A stretch of 64,000 nucleotides of DNA. Source: Azolla caroliniana. Lineage: Eukaryota > Plantae > Polypodiophyta. Position 1 is the stretch's first letter; each line of letters begins with the position of its first letter. Location: the NCBI GenBank assembly GCA_043228905.1, contig JBHGNT010000012.1, forward strand, positions 20,646,001-20,710,000. Direction: 5' to 3'. A program made the position numbers and the translations under genes. The notes below the pieces were generated by a model. The model searched no databases and had not been told where the DNA came from. It saw only the letters and a program-made list of their open reading frames with translations. Shown here in pieces: positions 1-10,435 of the stretch.

Positions 1-709
1 GATTTCTTCCAACACGTTTCCTGCATAAATCCTTTTTATTGGGTGAAACCCTACTCTCATTAGTCCAAAACATTGTGATTACATCCTTGATTTCAAATGT
101 TATGGGTGTCATTGGCTTACATCTTGTAGTTAGCTTTAGTAGACTAGTTCCTTCACCCGAGGAAATTATACGGTTCATTGTATTGTACACTGTTTTTCTA
201 CTAACACCAATTACCTTAGATAGCTCACTGATGTTTATATCGTCAACATCACTATTAAGTAACATCATTAGACTAGACCTTTTTAAGACAAGATCATCTT
301 CTGACCTGCTCATGGATACGAAACTATTACGAAGATTATTTACTAAAATAGATGATATGTTTGCATTAAGACCATCACAATCAACTAAGTCCTTTATCGA
401 TGGATCATTACATATTCCATAAAGTACTACCTTCTTTTCTTCATTGCTGATGTGCTTGGTTTGAACATTGAAATAGTCTACAACCTTTCTCTCTATGATG
501 GTAGTCGCATTACTTACATTCTCAGCTAAACTATCCTTACCTTTACTGAGTGTGGCTTTCGTATCCTTCAACAATTGACGATGTTTCCTTTTTTTTTCTG
601 CCCAATAGTTTCGTATGGCTTGTTGTGTCCTGATAACATCATCCCTATCCTTATGATCATTGAGGGGTAATTCTAAACACCCTTCTTCCCCTTCCATTTG
701 GTTGGACAT
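1..709 (-). CDS. Partial ORF (runs off window start): HTH-containing, putative DNA-transposase N-terminus
   Basis: Manual translation from ATG at 709 is open to the window edge: MSNQMEGEEG...INISELSKVIGVSRKTVYNTMNR (HTH-like)...FWTNESRVSPNKKDLCRKRVGRN. Absent from the ORF track because it has no stop in the window. A T-rich tract and TTTAG acceptor lie just upstream of the ATG. Confidence 0.55.
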   Translation of the reverse strand, partial: MSNQMEGEEGCLELPLNDHKDRDDVIRTQQAIRNYWAEKKRKHRQLLKDTKATLSKGKDSLAENVSNATTIIERKVVDYFNVQTKHISNEEKKVVLYGICNDPSIKDLVDCDGLNANISSILVNNLRNSFVSMSRSEDDLVLKRSSLMMLLNSDVDDINISELSKVIGVSRKTVYNTMNRIISSGEGTSLLKLTTRCKPMTPITFEIKDVITMFWTNESRVSPNKKDLCRKRVGRN

Positions 710-1039
710 GTTAAAACCCTAAATTTCCAGAAAAAAAAACAAGTATTAAAGATGGCTATGGGCAACAACAATACACAAAAATATTCCACAATACACAAGA
801 TTAGACACAACAATACACAAGATAATCAATAGACAGAAAAGTTATTGCAATCCAAGACCGAACACTAGAGGATTTCACTCCGTTGGATCGAACAGTTGAG
901 GAGGCGATCCAAGACCGACCAATGGCAACAACTGAGTGTAGAATGTTGCCGTTGGATGAGTGAACTCCGTCAAATCGAAATGTGGAAGCAATCCGGGACT
1001 GGACAGTAGCGGCAACTGAGTATAGAATGATGGCAATGG

Positions 1040-1530
1040 AGGAGAGAACCCCGTCAGATTGAACAGTTACCGATGATGCTTGGAACGCACATAGAAGGCA
1101 CTTGAGAGTAGAGTGGCACAGAGAAGAGAACCCTGTCAGATTGAACAGTTACCAATGATGCTTGAAAGGCACAGTAGCGGCCCCTGAGTGAGAGTGGAAA
1201 AGAGAAGAGAACCCCGTCAGATTGAATAGCTCTTTGATGATGCTTGGAACGCATAGTAGCGGCCCCTGAGTGTAGAGTGGCAAAGAGAAGAGAACCCCGT
1301 CAGATTGAATAGCTCTTTGATGATGCTTGGAACGCACAGCAACGGCCCCTGAGTGTAGAGTGGCACAGAGAAGAGAACCCCGTCAGATTGAACAACTCTT
1401 TGATGATGCTTGGAATGCACAGTAGTGGCCCCTGAGTGTAGAGTGTCACAGAGAAGAGAACCCCGTCAGATTGAGCAACTCTTTGATGATGCTTGGAATG
1501 CACAGTAGCGGCCCCTCAGTGTAGAGTGGC
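1040..1530. repeat. 83-bp tandem array, ~6 copies, with more degenerate copies at ~850-1040
   Basis: Unit GAGAAGAGAACCCCGTCAGATTGAATAGCTCTTTGATGATGCTTGGAACGCACAGTAGCGGCCCCTGAGTGTAGAGTGGCACA. Repeated ORFs in the track are offset by 83 bp (1217/1300, 1337/1420/1503). Confidence 0.92.
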
Positions 1531-1896
1531 GGTAGGTGGACTCGATAGGGTTTAGCAACAATGGTAGCAACTAACCCACAGTACTCAACTAGAGATGGCC
1601 TACGTGATGTGGCAAAGGATCATGCATAATAGACCTAGGAATTCGATATATAATTTATGGTACACATTTATGGTGCACACCAATTTATGTTGCACATTTA
1701 TGGCACTCATTTACATATGTAATGAAAACACTCTAGTATTTTCAATGGTAGTTTTTTGCATACTTAATTTATTAATGATGGCTTTTTACTAAAATGACTA
1801 TTTATCAATGGTAGCTTTGTGCATAGCTAATTAGCTATGTCAAGGACATAGCTAATTGTTTCCACTCGCATGCTTTCACCCATGCGCCTAAATAGA

Positions 1897-4599
1897 CTGT
1901 TGCCGGAGAAGACCGGCCCACGCCTACCCTTCGTCCTCCGGATTGCCATTCACCCCGAACCGGTCATCCTCGTGCCGCTTTTTGAACGCTTTGATCCTTT
2001 TCCCGGCCACCGATATTGCCATCCTTGTCCCGTCAAGCTCCGCGAGATGGTAGGTCCCATTGTCGTTGGCGCTTGTCACCACGTAAGGCCCGAACCACCT
2101 CCTTGCAAACTTCTGCATTGCCTTGTGCTGGTTATCAAGGTTGTTGTCATATACCAGAACCTAATCGCCTTCCTCGATTTTCTTCGGCCTTAGTCGATGA
2201 GTCCGGTCGAATCGTCCCTTGTTCTTTACCCTTGCGGCCCGCAGCTTTTCCGCGGCTCGTTCCACATCCTTTGGCCTTTGCTCGAGCTATTGGATCCGCA
2301 CCGCTAACAACTCCTCCCGGCTCATCTCGTTTCTCCAGTTCACCGCGGCCCATGAGGAGATCGTTCGCTCCATTGGCATGACCGGCTTCTACCCGTACAT
2401 AAGCTCCGCCGGCATGAACCTGGTTACCGAACTGTGCATAGTTCGGTCGGCCCACAACGCATAGGGTAAGAGCCACGGCCAGTTCCCGACTTGGCCTCCA
2501 CATGCCCGAACTAACGCTTTGACGATTGGCCCGTGTCCGCGTTCCACCTTCCCGTTCGCCTTCGGATTGTACACCGTGGTGAGCGAGAGTTTAACCCCTA
2601 GCCAGTCAAACACCTCCTGAGCCTCTTGTGCGTCCAATTCTCCGCGGTCGGCTACGATCTTTCCTACGCACCCGTACCGGCATACCACTTCTTCGATCAG
2701 AAATCGGCACACGACCGCAGTCGTTTTGTTCGGTAGCGCTCGACCTTCCACCTAGTTCGTCAGGTCCTCTCGAACCAGCACCAAATATCGCATCTGCCCT
2801 ACCCCCATCGGCATCGTAACTAGATCCACCATCCACTTGAAGTGGATGGTCGGAGGGTAGGTCGGGTGGAGCTCATCCCGATGTCAGACTATGGAGTGCA
2901 TCTAACAGCTTTTGCAAGCCGTCATGAACCGATGCACGTCCCGGCATAGTCCCGGCCACCAATACTTCCCCTTCAGCTTCTCGAATGTGGCCCACGTCCC
3001 GCGGTGCCCAGCCCAGGCACTTTCGTGGTACGTTGCCAACAATTCCTCCTGTTCCTCTTTCTTCACCACCTCCCAGAGCAGAACATCGTTTCTCTTCTTC
3101 GGGTGTTTCCAGATGCACCCATATCATAGGAAGAATCGGTACGCTTTCTTCCAAATCCGGTTGGTCTCTTCCTTTGTCCACGCCATGTCCGGTGTCATTA
3201 TCTTCGGGAACCCGCCGATCCGGAGCCACTCCCTGTCGTACTTGCTCTCGTTGAACTCATTAAGCGCCGGAGTGCTCCCCTTCGTTGTTGTTACGTAAGC
3301 CGACTCAAAGAAGTCCACGCTGACTTCTTCGTACTCCAAAACCATGCCGTCCTCATCATCGAATCTCGCCCTCGAAAGCATGTCGGCCATGGTGTTGTCT
3401 TTTCTGGAAATGTGTCGTATTTCCGGATTCAGGGACTTGATGTACGCTATCCACCTGAGAATTGCTAGGTCCGGCGTCGCGCATCCGGAAACCATACCGA
3501 GACTCGGCAGGCAGTCCGTCTCAATTATCACCTCCGTCCCGATCAGGTAGTCTTTGTCGGCCTTGACCGCCAAAACGATACCCCAGAGTTCACGTTTAAC
3601 CTGGGAGTACCCTCGCTGTCGTTCACTGAGGACTTTCGCACCGAACCAAATGGGGAACCTCGTGTCGTTCTCATCCTCCTGGTTGATCACCCATCCGATT
3701 CCGGTCGGACTTGTGTCTACTGTCAGGTAAATCAGAATGTCTTTATCGTAGACCGCTTTTTGGAGTGCCAGTGCCGGAGCTAGTGCTTCTTTCATTTTCC
3801 AGACCGACTCCGTATGCTCCTCTCTCCACTCAAATTTACGCCCTTTCTTCAACAGTCCATAGAGCAGCTCTGCGATGTGGGCGTAATGCGGGATCCAGAT
3901 ATGGTAGAACCCGCATGCTCCCAAGAATCTCTGGACTTTCGTGACCGAATTGCAGTCGCGCTTCATCGCGGAGATGGCCTCTACCTTGGCTGGTGACAAT
4001 TTCCGACCAAATGGCCCGCATAGGTGTCTGACGACCATGATCTCCGATTGCCCGAAGGCCGATTTTTCCCTGGAGAAGGTCAGCCTCACGCCTTCTAGTC
4101 TTCGCAGCACCTTCTCGCAGTCATCGACGTGGTCCGCCACGAATTTCCGGCATCCGTCCAGTCCGATTGTCTTGTCCTTATCCTCCAACGGGTATCCTTT
4201 GATCAAGATGTCGTCTAAGTACAGCATGGTGACGTCCGGGATACAATCCCTTAGCACCTTGTTCATCGCGTTCACCATGTGGGCTACCGAGTTCGTCCTC
4301 CTTGCGGAAGGGTACACATCCTTACTAGGTCGAGGGGAGTCCGCATCATCGTAATGTCCCTGCTCTCCACGACTAGCTAGAACTAATCGTATCCCGAGTA
4401 CAGATCACCGACCGAGTAAATTGACCTTCCGGCGAAGGCCTCCGCGAACTCGTCTATGGTCGGTCTGATTCCTGCGTTCCGAATGGTCACCTTGTTGACC
4501 GGTTGCAAGTCCTGAATGAAGCGCAACATGCCGTTCTTCTTGGGCACAGTAAACCACCGATTAGAATACGGGGCACTCGATGGTTCGAGGATGCCCATA
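1897..4599 (-). pseudogene. Degraded Gypsy pol fragment (RT-RNaseH-INT), same family as 10570-13929
   Basis: Broken ORFs 4383-4685, 3124-4317, 2389-2751 and 1924-2118 match the intact pol (YSNRWFTVPKKNG, YLDD, VADRGEL, WFGPY). No LTR or PPT at either end. Confidence 0.9.
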
Positions 4600-5115
4600 T
4601 CCTCTTCTTCTGAGCGTACCCGGCTCGCGACCAAGGTGGTATCTCTCCCTGTTGTAGGTTTACTTCTGCCCAATCTCCTGTGCAAGACCCCGCTCGGCGC
4701 GACAAGCCCGTGAGCTCCCCGATCGACGGCTTGGCAGCAGACGGCTGCTGTAACCTACCATGGCCCGGCTCGAAGCCGGGGATGTATTCTTTCCCTTGTA
4801 ATATATACATTTGCGTCTTTCTGTGCATATTCGTGTCTCTGTTGGGGTCCGGTATTTGTGTGGGTGCTTTTGGTGTTCTCTTACCTCCGTTTCTGTACAT
4901 AAGGGCGTGAATTAGGTCGGCATGGTGTGTGTGTGTGGGTGTGAGTCGGTGTTAAGCGCGCACTCCATCTCTTTCTCCCTCTCTTCCTCTCTCTCTTGTT
5001 TGGTTGCTTCCAGAACGCGCCTCCGGAATCATCTTCTCGACTTCCCTCCTTCCCTCGTCCGAGACCCCCGTGGTCCCGCCCTTCTACACGCACACACTTA
5101 AGAACGCGACATATT

Positions 5116-5133
5116 TGGTGAACCCGACGTGAA
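5116..5133 (+). promoter_or_regulatory. Primer binding site, tRNA-Trp
   Basis: TGGTGAACCCGACGTGAA is complementary to the 3' end of plant cytosolic tRNA-Trp (...TTCACGTCGGGTTCACCA). The same site occurs at 8399-8416 (+) and 30440-30457 (-). Confidence 0.85.
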
Positions 5134-5148
5134 GGGCAGCAAGGGAGC

Positions 5149-6948
5149 ATGGAGATGGAAGAAGACTTCGACTTCAAGGAGATGATGGCAAAGATCGTGA
5201 TGGAAGCCGGACGGAAGATGGTGAAGCGAGATGCAGCTCAACAAGCCGTTGAAAGGGTGGTCGATCAAGTCGGCCGGTTCAACGGGGACAATGTCCTGAG
5301 ATTCTTAGAAGCATACAATGCCAAGATGACGAAGGAGGCCGTGGACGAAGCGACAAGGCTAGATTTTTTTTGTCGAGTGGCGGCTGTAGCAAGGTACGAA
5401 GAGGTCAAGGAGCTCCGAGAAGCTCACGAGTCATGGGAGTCCTTTGAGGGAGCGCTATTGGACGCATACGGATACGCGAAACCGGAGTGGGTATGCCGGC
5501 AACCCGATGGGGAGCGGTCGGCAACAACGTGGCCCACAAGCGGCGGAGAAGAGAGGGCGGTGAGCGGCTATGCACTACCGTCGGAAGAGAGCTCAATGCA
5601 AAACGGTTCGGAGGAGCTTGACCTAGAAGCGCTAATACGGGAGGCATGCGAGCTTGTAAAGGGGAGAATCGAAGCCGAAGAAGGGCTTATTATGGAGTCA
5701 GGCCGGAGGTGATCGGAGGATGCGGAGGAAGAAGCCTCCCTAAGCGTAGAAGACGGGGCCTATACGGAGGCCGGAAAAGCGTACGACGGCGACATGGGAG
5801 AGGGTGCGGAGCAATCTACCATCTTGCCTTGCGGTAAAGGGACGGCCATGGAGGCTGGTGACTACGGATTCGGGACATGGCGGCCCGAAACATCGAGTGG
5901 GGAGGAGACAAGAGGCGGTGCCGCGACCTTACACTCACTGGCCCTAGAGACTCCGGCGGTCGGCCCGAGTGCCGACGTGAGACCTAGAGCGACGGGCGGT
6001 GGCGGCGGCAAGGTGGGCAACCGAGACGACGACATGGAAGAGATGGCGGCAAGCGTATTCGAGGCTTGTGCAATCGGAGGCGGGGTAGCCACGAACAAGG
6101 ACGTCCGGATAAGGGTGGCTACGGACATAACGACTGGCGGTGCCGCGACCTTACACACACCGGTCCTAGAGACTCTGGCATCCGGTCCGAGAGCCGGTGT
6201 GAGACCTAGAGTGATGAACGGTGGCGTCGGCAAGGCGGGCAACCAAGAGGGCAGCAAGGAGATCAAGGAAGAGGAGGCGGCAAGAGTAATCGAGGCTTCC
6301 GCGATCAGAAACGGGGTAGCCACGGACAACGACATTCAGACGGAGGCGGCTACGGACACAACGAGCGGTGGTGCCGGGTCCTTACCCACACCGATCCTAG
6401 AGGCTCCGGTGATCGGCCTGAGTGCCAGTGTGAGTCCTAGAGAGACGGGTGGTGGCGGCGGCAAGGCGGGCAACTGAGACGACGATGACAACAAGGAGGT
6501 AGCAAGCATGATCAAGGCTTGCATAACCGGGGACGAGATAGCCACAGACCACAGCGTCCGAACGAAGGTGGCTACAAACATGACATCGGCAAGTGATGGT
6601 ACCGAGACTTTTCCCACACCTATTCTAGAGACTTTGGCAGTCGGCCCCGAGAGCCCACGTGAGACTGGAGAGACGGAAGGTGGCGGTGGCAAAGCGGACG
6701 ATCGAAACGACGACGAGGAAGGTCATAGCGGACGGAGGAGAGACCCCTCAACATCGGGTCCGAAGACTACGACGGTTGCGCTCGAATGCCAACATAAGAC
6801 CGGAGAGAAGGGCGGTGGCCGTGAGGAGGCGTGGCCCGGAGCGAACACGTATGAAGATGAAGATGAGGATGCATGTACAAGAGGACCGATGGAAAGGTCG
6901 AGAGCGGCAAAGAGGAGAGAGTCGAGAACCGACCCGACCGGAAGATGA
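5149..6948 (+). pseudogene. Gag N-terminal domain fused in frame to ~76-80 aa tandem repeats; interrupted by two TGA stops
   Basis: ORFs 5149, 5794 and 6508 share one frame. The gag motif GRFNGDNVLRFLEAY resembles GRFSGKDATKYL (B) and GQFNGKDVSRYL (C). Repeat unit GGAATLHxxxLETxAxGPxAxVRPRxxGGGGGKxGN. Confidence 0.7.
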
Positions 6949-8438
6949 ACCGGTCGATAATCCGACACGACCGGAAAACGACGCGACGCGGAAGAAGATT
7001 GGAGCGGGGACCAATAAACCGGACCCGAACCGAAGAAGAGCCGGCAAGGCCAGATTTGTTCAGACAAACATGTACCGGCCGGTTACGATTATGGAAGGAA
7101 GCCGACCAAACCGGAACTCGATCGGTCGAGATCGATCTGGGCGAAGGCTAAGTCGGCATGATTGGAGGTCGATGCGAACGAGCCACAACACTCGGTGGGA
7201 GTCGGTGAGCGCGAGAAGGAGGCCAAGCATGCACGAGGAGTACGACTCGGTGGGAGGCCAAGAGCGAGAGGAGCCCTCCACATCTATCCTTGAGACTTTG
7301 GCGGTTGCGGATCGACGTAAGACCAAAGAGACGGCGGGTGGCGGCGACGAGTCGGAAGTCAGAGCGGACGAGGACACCGGTACGGAATGACGGACGAGGG
7401 GGCCCAAGACGATAAGCCGGGGTCGGAAGGGTCTACAATGACAAAGGAAGAAGAGGTCGACGCGGAGGTGGGGACTACGGCGGAAGAAGTGTGTAACACG
7501 AAGCCTGCATTACGGCGTAAAACGGAGCATGCACTACGGCCGGCGAAGGGCCAAAAAGCAAGCATGCAGCCGGAAGAGCAGCAACGACTGACCGGCAACG
7601 GCAGACCAGTGGAGCCTTTGAGAGGCAAGCACACGACAAGAGATGGAGTGGTGAGTTGCCAGGATCGGCGGATGAACAACGAGAGCGGAGGATGGTGCGT
7701 GGACAGCAAAGAACTACGCATCGAGGAGAGAAAAAGCGGCGTCCAGAGGACGTTGTCATGAAGAAAATCGTCCACAAGCGGAATCGGTGCACTGGAGCGT
7801 AGGAACCGGCTCTTCATGCACGTACGACTTATGTTGTACATAAGAGAGAATTAGGTACATAGAAGATCCTACGTAGGTAGACTCCGTAGGTAGGAAGTTA
7901 ATGGGAAACGGCTCCTTCCTTGCCTATAAAAGGAGGGAGACGAGGAGGGGGGAAGGATCGCGGTTAGAGAGGACGAAGTGTTGTCGGGTTGTCGGCCGAA
8001 GGCTTCTCTCTCTTCCATACTCCGTAGCTTCTTTCTGTGCAAGTTTTCGGGAGGCTCACGCTGCTCTGAGGAATGCCCGAGTGCTTCCGGCAGCACCTCC
8101 AACCTACTCCCTTCTTTCTGAGCGTTTACGAACAGGCATCGGCATCTGTTCACCGGCCTGTTCGGTTGTAACCGACTTTGTGCTTCTTGTTGTTTGTCCT
8201 TGTTAATATATATACATACATTCGTGTCTCTCTGCGTCGGTGTCCCACTCGCGTCTTTGTGTCGAAGGGTCGTGCCCCTGTGAATCTACGCCCACACGTA
8301 GTGGGTCCCTTCCCTTCTCCTTTGTCTCTTGCTCTTCGGTACAAGACCCCCGAGGCCCCGCCTCATTCCACGCATCCGCGAGGAAGACCTCGACATCTTG
8401 GTGAACCCGACGTGAAAGAGGCGGCAGAAGAGCAGAAG

Positions 8439-10435
8439 ATGAAGGGGTCGGATCTTGAGGAGGCCATGGCTTCGGCCGTGGATCGGGTATTGAGCGCACG
8501 CGAGGGCACCGACGCCCTCGACAGAGCCATTGAGGTGGTCGTCGGTACGATCGGCCGGTTCAGCGGGAAGGATGCCACGAAGTATTTGGCGTCCTACGGG
8601 GCAGAAATGCTGATGCCGGACATTCCGGAAGAGAGGCGTCTTGCCGGGTTCCCTCGAGTGGCGATGCCGAGCATCCATGCGGAGGTGCTCGAGGTACGAG
8701 CGGAGAGTCGTACCTGGGAGGAGTTCGAAGGCCGACTCCTAGAAAAATACAGGTTGGACGACGCGCTCCGGCTTTCGAAACGGGACTTCATGGAATGGGT
8801 GGAGTCCCCCGGCAAGGGAAGAAACGCGTCGGCACTCCTCCGGGAGTTTGAGGAACGCTTTGCGCGCCTTTCGGCGCTTCACCGAACCGTTCTGGATACG
8901 AGCCGGGTCCTACTATTCGTCAAGTCGGTGGACGAGCGGGCTTTGTCACAGCAAAGAGGCTTGAACCGGCACCACAAGGGCAAAGGGCAGAGACCCGGGA
9001 GTGGCTCGAAACCGGTTCGGCTCCAACTGGCATGGTTAATGACTCGTCCGGAGGAGCAACGCTGGAGGAGTTGACGCAGGCGATAAAGGATCTCCAGATC
9101 GCCCAGACTCGAAGGGAAGGCGGCGAACCGGCTCGTGACCGACAGCCAGCAGCAGGGAACAGGTGCATGTGGTGCGACGAGGTCGGCCACATTCGGAAGG
9201 ACTGCGGCGATTTCGCAGAGGCATTGAGGAACCGGGTGGTGTACCTATGGGAAGGCCGGGTGCACGCCGGCAATACCAGAAGGGCCCTAAACCGGAACGA
9301 CGGGCGAGGAGGTATGAAGAGACGGATGGAAGAGGCAGCGGCCCGACACGTGGAGGCCGTCCACTACTCGGCGTCGGCCGGTATTCGGGTCGGGGGCAGC
9401 GAGGCCCGAAAGGGGAGCAAAGACGGATTCTGGTCGGCAATGCTGGAAGGCCTTGCCGGCGCACGGCTGAGGAAAGATGAAGCGGACCGTGCTGAGAGAC
9501 GGGTCCGGGAAATAACCGGGTGGAGCGACCCGGTCGAGGAGAAGATGGGCTTTGTAGAAGCCGCCTGCCGGAACTACGAGGCTCTGGTAGAAGACAAACG
9601 AGTGGGGAAAGCCGGAGCGGCCGGGCCCTCACAACGATACGAGACCCGATTCAGGCAACGACGGAACGATGTCGGTGGGTCCAGCGTGCAAGATAACCCC
9701 GGGAAGGGCGGATACCGACTGGGGACGGAAATAGAAAGGACCACGGACCTACGAAAGGTCCTAGAAGAACGGATCCTCGACAGCAAAGTGGAGTTGTCAT
9801 TGCGGGAGGTGCTAGGGATCGCTAAGAAGGAGTTCCACGACTCCATTGTGGACTTGGTGAAGCGGAAGAGGCTGTCGACGGAGACGGAACCGGAAAGACC
9901 GGTGGAGGTGCAGACGACACACATCGACGACTTGGCACTGGAAGATGAGTGGGCGGAGAGCCACTATTCGAGGCCACACTAGGCCCGAGCGACCACGGAG
10001 ACCCCGGTAAAGATCGGAGATGTTCGGGAACCGGTGGTGGCATTGGTGGACCACGGTTCGGAAATAAACCTGATGTCCATGGACTTCTATAAGAAGGGAA
10101 AGTGGCCGATCAACACCAAGCACGGGTGGAAGATACGGGCAACGACGCGCGCCACCGAGGAACTGCATGGGGCCTGCCCGAACGTGCGAGTCAAGATCGG
10201 CGACGTCGAGATTGACCAGCACTTCTTCGTACAGGAGACGTCCTTGCACCCGGTCATATTAGGGGAACCATACATCACGGCGGCGCGGATGGAGACCAAG
10301 GTGCTAGACAACGGTTCGGCCTACGTGAGGGTCAAAAGCCAGGACGGGCACCATTCGGTCCAATTTCTGACGGTGCAAACGAACCACGAGCGAAACCGCG
10401 AATCCCTCGGTGGCGAGAATCGGGAGGATTTTTAG
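8439..10435 (+). pseudogene. gag-protease of element B (frameshift near 8950-9040, TAG at 9980)
   Basis: CCHC knuckle CMWCDEVGHIRKDC; protease motif ALVDHGSEINLM; collinear with the intact gag-PR at 28384-30510; ends EDF*. Confidence 0.88.

Noticed and set aside
39-422. 127-aa plus-strand ORF
   Set aside because: Antisense shadow of the longer minus-strand ORF.
1040-1530. CRISPR-like or guide-RNA array, or a C/D snoRNA cluster
   Set aside because: Units are similar along their whole length with no unique spacers. The TGATGA-to-CTGA distance (~25 nt) is too short for a typical snoRNA, and no Cas or Nop-like gene is visible.
1040-1530. Hammerhead ribozyme (retrozyme) in the repeat
   Set aside because: The minus strand has CTGACGG rather than CTGANGA, and no properly placed GAAA core was found.
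5116-5133. tRNA-Trp gene
   Set aside because: Only the 18-nt 3' complement is present, next to LTR ends, so it is a PBS.
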